Below, piece by piece: positions 23,354 to 25,580 of a stretch of 25,580 nt of DNA (its first letter is position 1; each line of letters opens with the position of its first letter). The DNA lies in the IMG/VR virus record IMGVR_UViG_3300003375_000132, positions 1 through 25,580 of that record. One strand, given 5' to 3'. The notes beneath the pieces are model-generated. The model saw nothing but the letters and a program-made list of their open reading frames with translations, was not told where the DNA came from and did not search any database. The position numbers and the translations under genes are program-made. This stretch comes from a virus (Duplodnaviria > Caudoviricetes).

Positions 23354-25580
23354 ATGGCAGACCAAGATGTCAAAGTCCGCTTCGGCGCGGACACGTCCGA
23401 CGTGAAGGATGGCGTCAGCTCTTTGCAGGCGGACCTCCGCGCGCGCTTCGACGCCATGCGGGCCAGCATGGCCGAGTTCGCCGCCGGTGCCAAGGAAAGC
23501 ACCGCCAAGGCCAAGGAATCGTTCGAGGGGCTGCATGAGTCCCTGGAAGGTGTCAACAAGGGAATGGAAGGTCTGGCCAAGGCCGCAAAGATGGTCGGCG
23601 AGATCATGGCTGCCGGCGCGATCGGCGAGGCGATCCATGAATTGATGGAAAAAACCGGCGAGTACGGCGAATCCATCGAATCGGCTGGCCAGCGCACCGG
23701 CATGGGAGTCGAAAAGATCCAGCAACTGCGCTTCGCAGCGCAGATGTCCGGTGTTGATTTCCAGGGCCTGAGCCAGTCTATGGCCCTGCTGTCCGTGAAG
23801 ATGCAGGGCGTGATCAAGGACGGCAGCCCGGTCGCCGAGGCGTTTTCAGCCATCGGATTGCACGGCAAGGAAATCAAGGATGCCAACCTTGAAGATGTGC
23901 TGATGAAGATGGCCACGGCCTTTCACGGCGCCGAGGATGGCGCCGCGAAACAAGCCGTCGCCATGGAGCTTTTGGGCCGTTCCGGCGCGCAATTGATCCC
24001 GTTCCTGAATAAAGGCGCTGCCGGCATTCAGGAACTGATGAAGCGCGCGTCAGACCTTGGCATCGTGCTGGACGAGTCGGCGATCAAGAAATCGGCCGAA
24101 CTGGCCGAACAGATGAAAGAACTGCAGGCGGTCCATGAGGCGACGTCGGTCCAGATCGGAATGACGCTCGCACCCGCCTTCATGGCGATCAGCAAGGCTT
24201 TCGAAACCAATCTGAAGGACGGCGGCGCATTCAAACAGTTCCTATCTGGACTGAGCAGCACCATGTCCATGGCCGCCAGCCTAGCGTCGCATGTCGCGCA
24301 GGGGTTCCAGGAAATGGGGATCATGATCGGCGCCACCATGGCGCAGGTCAACGCCATGATGCATGGCGAATGGGGCGGATTCAAGCAGATCGCGGCCGAT
24401 GAGGATGCGGACCTGCAGAAGCTGGCGGCCAGTTACAACAAATTCCGCGATGACCTGAGCAAGCCCGTCGAGGCACCCAAGATTGAGGGCGAAGGGGAAA
24501 GCGCACCCAAGAACAAGCTGAAATACAACCCTCAGCCTGAGAAACAGCCGAAGTCGAACATGCCAGAGCTAGAGGCCGAGCTGGCACAGGCGAAGGTCGA
24601 CTACGAGACCTTGAAAGGTCTTCAAGGCGAATACGTCACGTACAGCAAAGAGCAGGAAATCGCTTTCTGGCAGTCCAAGATCGGCATGGGGGCCAAGGGA
24701 ACCAGCGACAACGTGGCGATTCAGCGAAAGGCGAATGAGGCCATTGTTGCGAGCAACAAGCAGCAGTTCGACGCCCATATCGCCAGCCTCAAGACAGAAG
24801 AAGAGGCGGAAAAGAACCACTACGACAAGCAGCTGGTAATCGCGCGCGGCGCGCTGATGGAGATCGGCCAGGCCTATGGCTGGACCTCCAAGGAAGCGAG
24901 CGAGGCAGCGGCCAAGATCAACGAAATTGAACAGCAGAAGGCTGAAGCCGCCAAGAAGGTCGCGCTGGAGATCATTGCCGCTCATGAAAAGGTCGCGCTG
25001 ACCGAGATCGAAACGGCGACCAACGACCTGGACCGTCAGGTCGCGCTCGGCAAGCTGACGGCGCAAGGCAAGATCCAGATCGAGCTGCAATACGCGGCCC
25101 AGAAGCTGAAGATCGAGCAGCAGGCGGCGGACGCCGAAGCGGCGGTGCAGGAGGAAGGGACAGAGGAATACCAGAAGGCTCTGGACAAGCGCGCGCAGGC
25201 GACCGCGGACTATGCCAAGGACGTTGCCAAGCTAAACGCCCAGGCGGCGGACCAATCAAAGAAGGATTGGGAAAGCATGACAAGCGGCCTGCAATCGACG
25301 CTGACCCAGTCATTCTCTGGAATCCTGATGGGCACCACGACGCTGCAAAAGGGCTTCCAGAAGCTGTGCCAGGGAATGATGAAGGATTTCGTCGACATGT
25401 GCGCTGAAATGGCGGCGAAGTGGGTGATGAACCAGCTCGCGCAAACGGCCATCGCGAAATCGGCGATGGCGCTCCGTGAGTCGCTATTGGGAACGACTGT
25501 ACCCGCGTCGGTCGCGGCGGCGAAAGTCGAGGCGGCTGGCGTCGTCCCGGCAAACGCGGCAATGGCGGCAACTGGTGCCG
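23354..25580 (+). CDS. tail tape measure protein (partial, runs off the right edge)
   Basis: MADQDVKVRFGADTS...; Ala-rich and helical; AMELLGRSGAQLIPFLNKG; the same frame is still open at the window end. Confidence 0.92.
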   Translation, partial: MADQDVKVRFGADTSDVKDGVSSLQADLRARFDAMRASMAEFAAGAKESTAKAKESFEGLHESLEGVNKGMEGLAKAAKMVGEIMAAGAIGEAIHELMEKTGEYGESIESAGQRTGMGVEKIQQLRFAAQMSGVDFQGLSQSMALLSVKMQGVIKDGSPVAEAFSAIGLHGKEIKDANLEDVLMKMATAFHGAEDGAAKQAVAMELLGRSGAQLIPFLNKGAAGIQELMKRASDLGIVLDESAIKKSAELAEQMKELQAVHEATSVQIGMTLAPAFMAISKAFETNLKDGGAFKQFLSGLSSTMSMAASLASHVAQGFQEMGIMIGATMAQVNAMMHGEWGGFKQIAADEDADLQKLAASYNKFRDDLSKPVEAPKIEGEGESAPKNKLKYNPQPEKQPKSNMPELEAELAQAKVDYETLKGLQGEYVTYSKEQEIAFWQSKIGMGAKGTSDNVAIQRKANEAIVASNKQQFDAHIASLKTEEEAEKNHYDKQLVIARGALMEIGQAYGWTSKEASEAAAKINEIEQQKAEAAKKVALEIIAAHEKVALTEIETATNDLDRQVALGKLTAQGKIQIELQYAAQKLKIEQQAADAEAAVQEEGTEEYQKALDKRAQATADYAKDVAKLNAQAADQSKKDWESMTSGLQSTLTQSFSGILMGTTTLQKGFQKLCQGMMKDFVDMCAEMAAKWVMNQLAQTAIAKSAMALRESLLGTTVPASVAAAKVEAAGVVPANAAMAATGA

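Overview
Continuous segment of a lambdoid, long-tailed (siphovirus-like) temperate phage or prophage. It is GC-rich, and a betaproteobacterial-type host is inferred but not shown. Gene order: cI (partial) / cro switch; a 2.4 kb cro-cII interval packed with small genes on both strands; cII-like regulator; replication genes (DUF1376-like, with putative iterons); nin-like region (RusA-like, NinB, DUF1364-like); Q-position regulator; terS, terL, portal, MuF-like minor head protein, protease/scaffold, major capsid, connectors, tail tube, frameshifted tail chaperone and tape measure (partial). The most striking feature is a 364-aa intein in terL: its central endonuclease slot has no recognisable domain on the sense strand, but encodes a complete NUMOD4-HNH endonuclease gene on the opposite strand, with its own start and RBS. 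Second is an 895-codon stop-free leftward frame that starts just after a PRE-like promoter and ends overlapping the cI start codon. Other notable items: an HNH gene that captured and recoded the start of the replication gene, an A10 slippery site joining portal and MuF, and a hairpin-gated HNH gene. All assignments come from motif reading and gene order; no database searches were run.
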